Positions 58,769 through 59,130 of a DNA stretch of 59,130 nucleotides are shown piece by piece. The stretch is taken from contig JAUCBJ010003746.1 in the NCBI GenBank assembly GCA_032718475.1, positions 1 through 59,130 on the forward strand. Direction: 5' to 3'. How positions within the stretch are numbered: position 1 is the first letter of the stretch; each line of letters starts with the position of its first letter. The DNA is from Nemertoderma westbladi. Taxonomy: Eukaryota > Animalia > Xenacoelomorpha. A program made the position numbers and the translations under genes. The notes under the pieces are model-generated. The model did not search any database, was not told the origin of the DNA, and worked only from the letters and a program-made list of their open reading frames with translations.

Positions 58769-59130
58769 GACATGGTCGAACGTCGAAGTAATAGGCCTAT
58801 TTATTTCCCGCTCAGGATCAGGAAATTCTGGTAACGGTAAGTAATAATGTCGAGGTAGAATAAAACGTCTGTCCTTATCTGATCTGATCTGACTGTCTGA
58901 TCTGACAGCATCTGATCTCTATAACCAATCAGGCCAATCAGGAGAAAGAGATATAATATTTACCTAACTGTCTGTTAGGTAAATAGCCAATAGCTGAATA
59001 GGGGATCACGTTTCAGGTTGCCTGTTACAGTGTTACGTATTATCATCATATGAAGTACCCGGTACCAGAGCAGTACAGGCATACCGGTATGCATCTAATG
59101 CACAAAGGCATGTTATTACTGTATTATATA

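Overview
Repeat-rich, AT-rich animal (probably invertebrate) genomic DNA; the species cannot be identified from the sequence. Bases 1-~17,900 hold two different BEL/Pao LTR retrotransposons, both on the minus strand and joined by a single LTR. The left one is an apparently open gag-protease frame of more than 1,650 codons that runs off the window; the right one is disabled by stops and frameshifts. The rest is a mosaic of decayed RTE-like LINEs, TIR transposons/MITEs, tRNA-derived SINE heads, minisatellites and a 990-bp composite macrosatellite. Host genes are a CLIC with an intron-free CDS, an intronless nicotinic-type pentameric ligand-gated channel lacking both Cys-loop cysteines, and a probable first exon of a secreted prepropeptide. 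Two minimal type I hammerhead ribozymes are visible, one fused directly behind a tRNA-type Pol III promoter and bracketed by a ~120-bp direct repeat (retrozyme-like). All calls come from reading the sequence by eye; no searches or folding programs were run.
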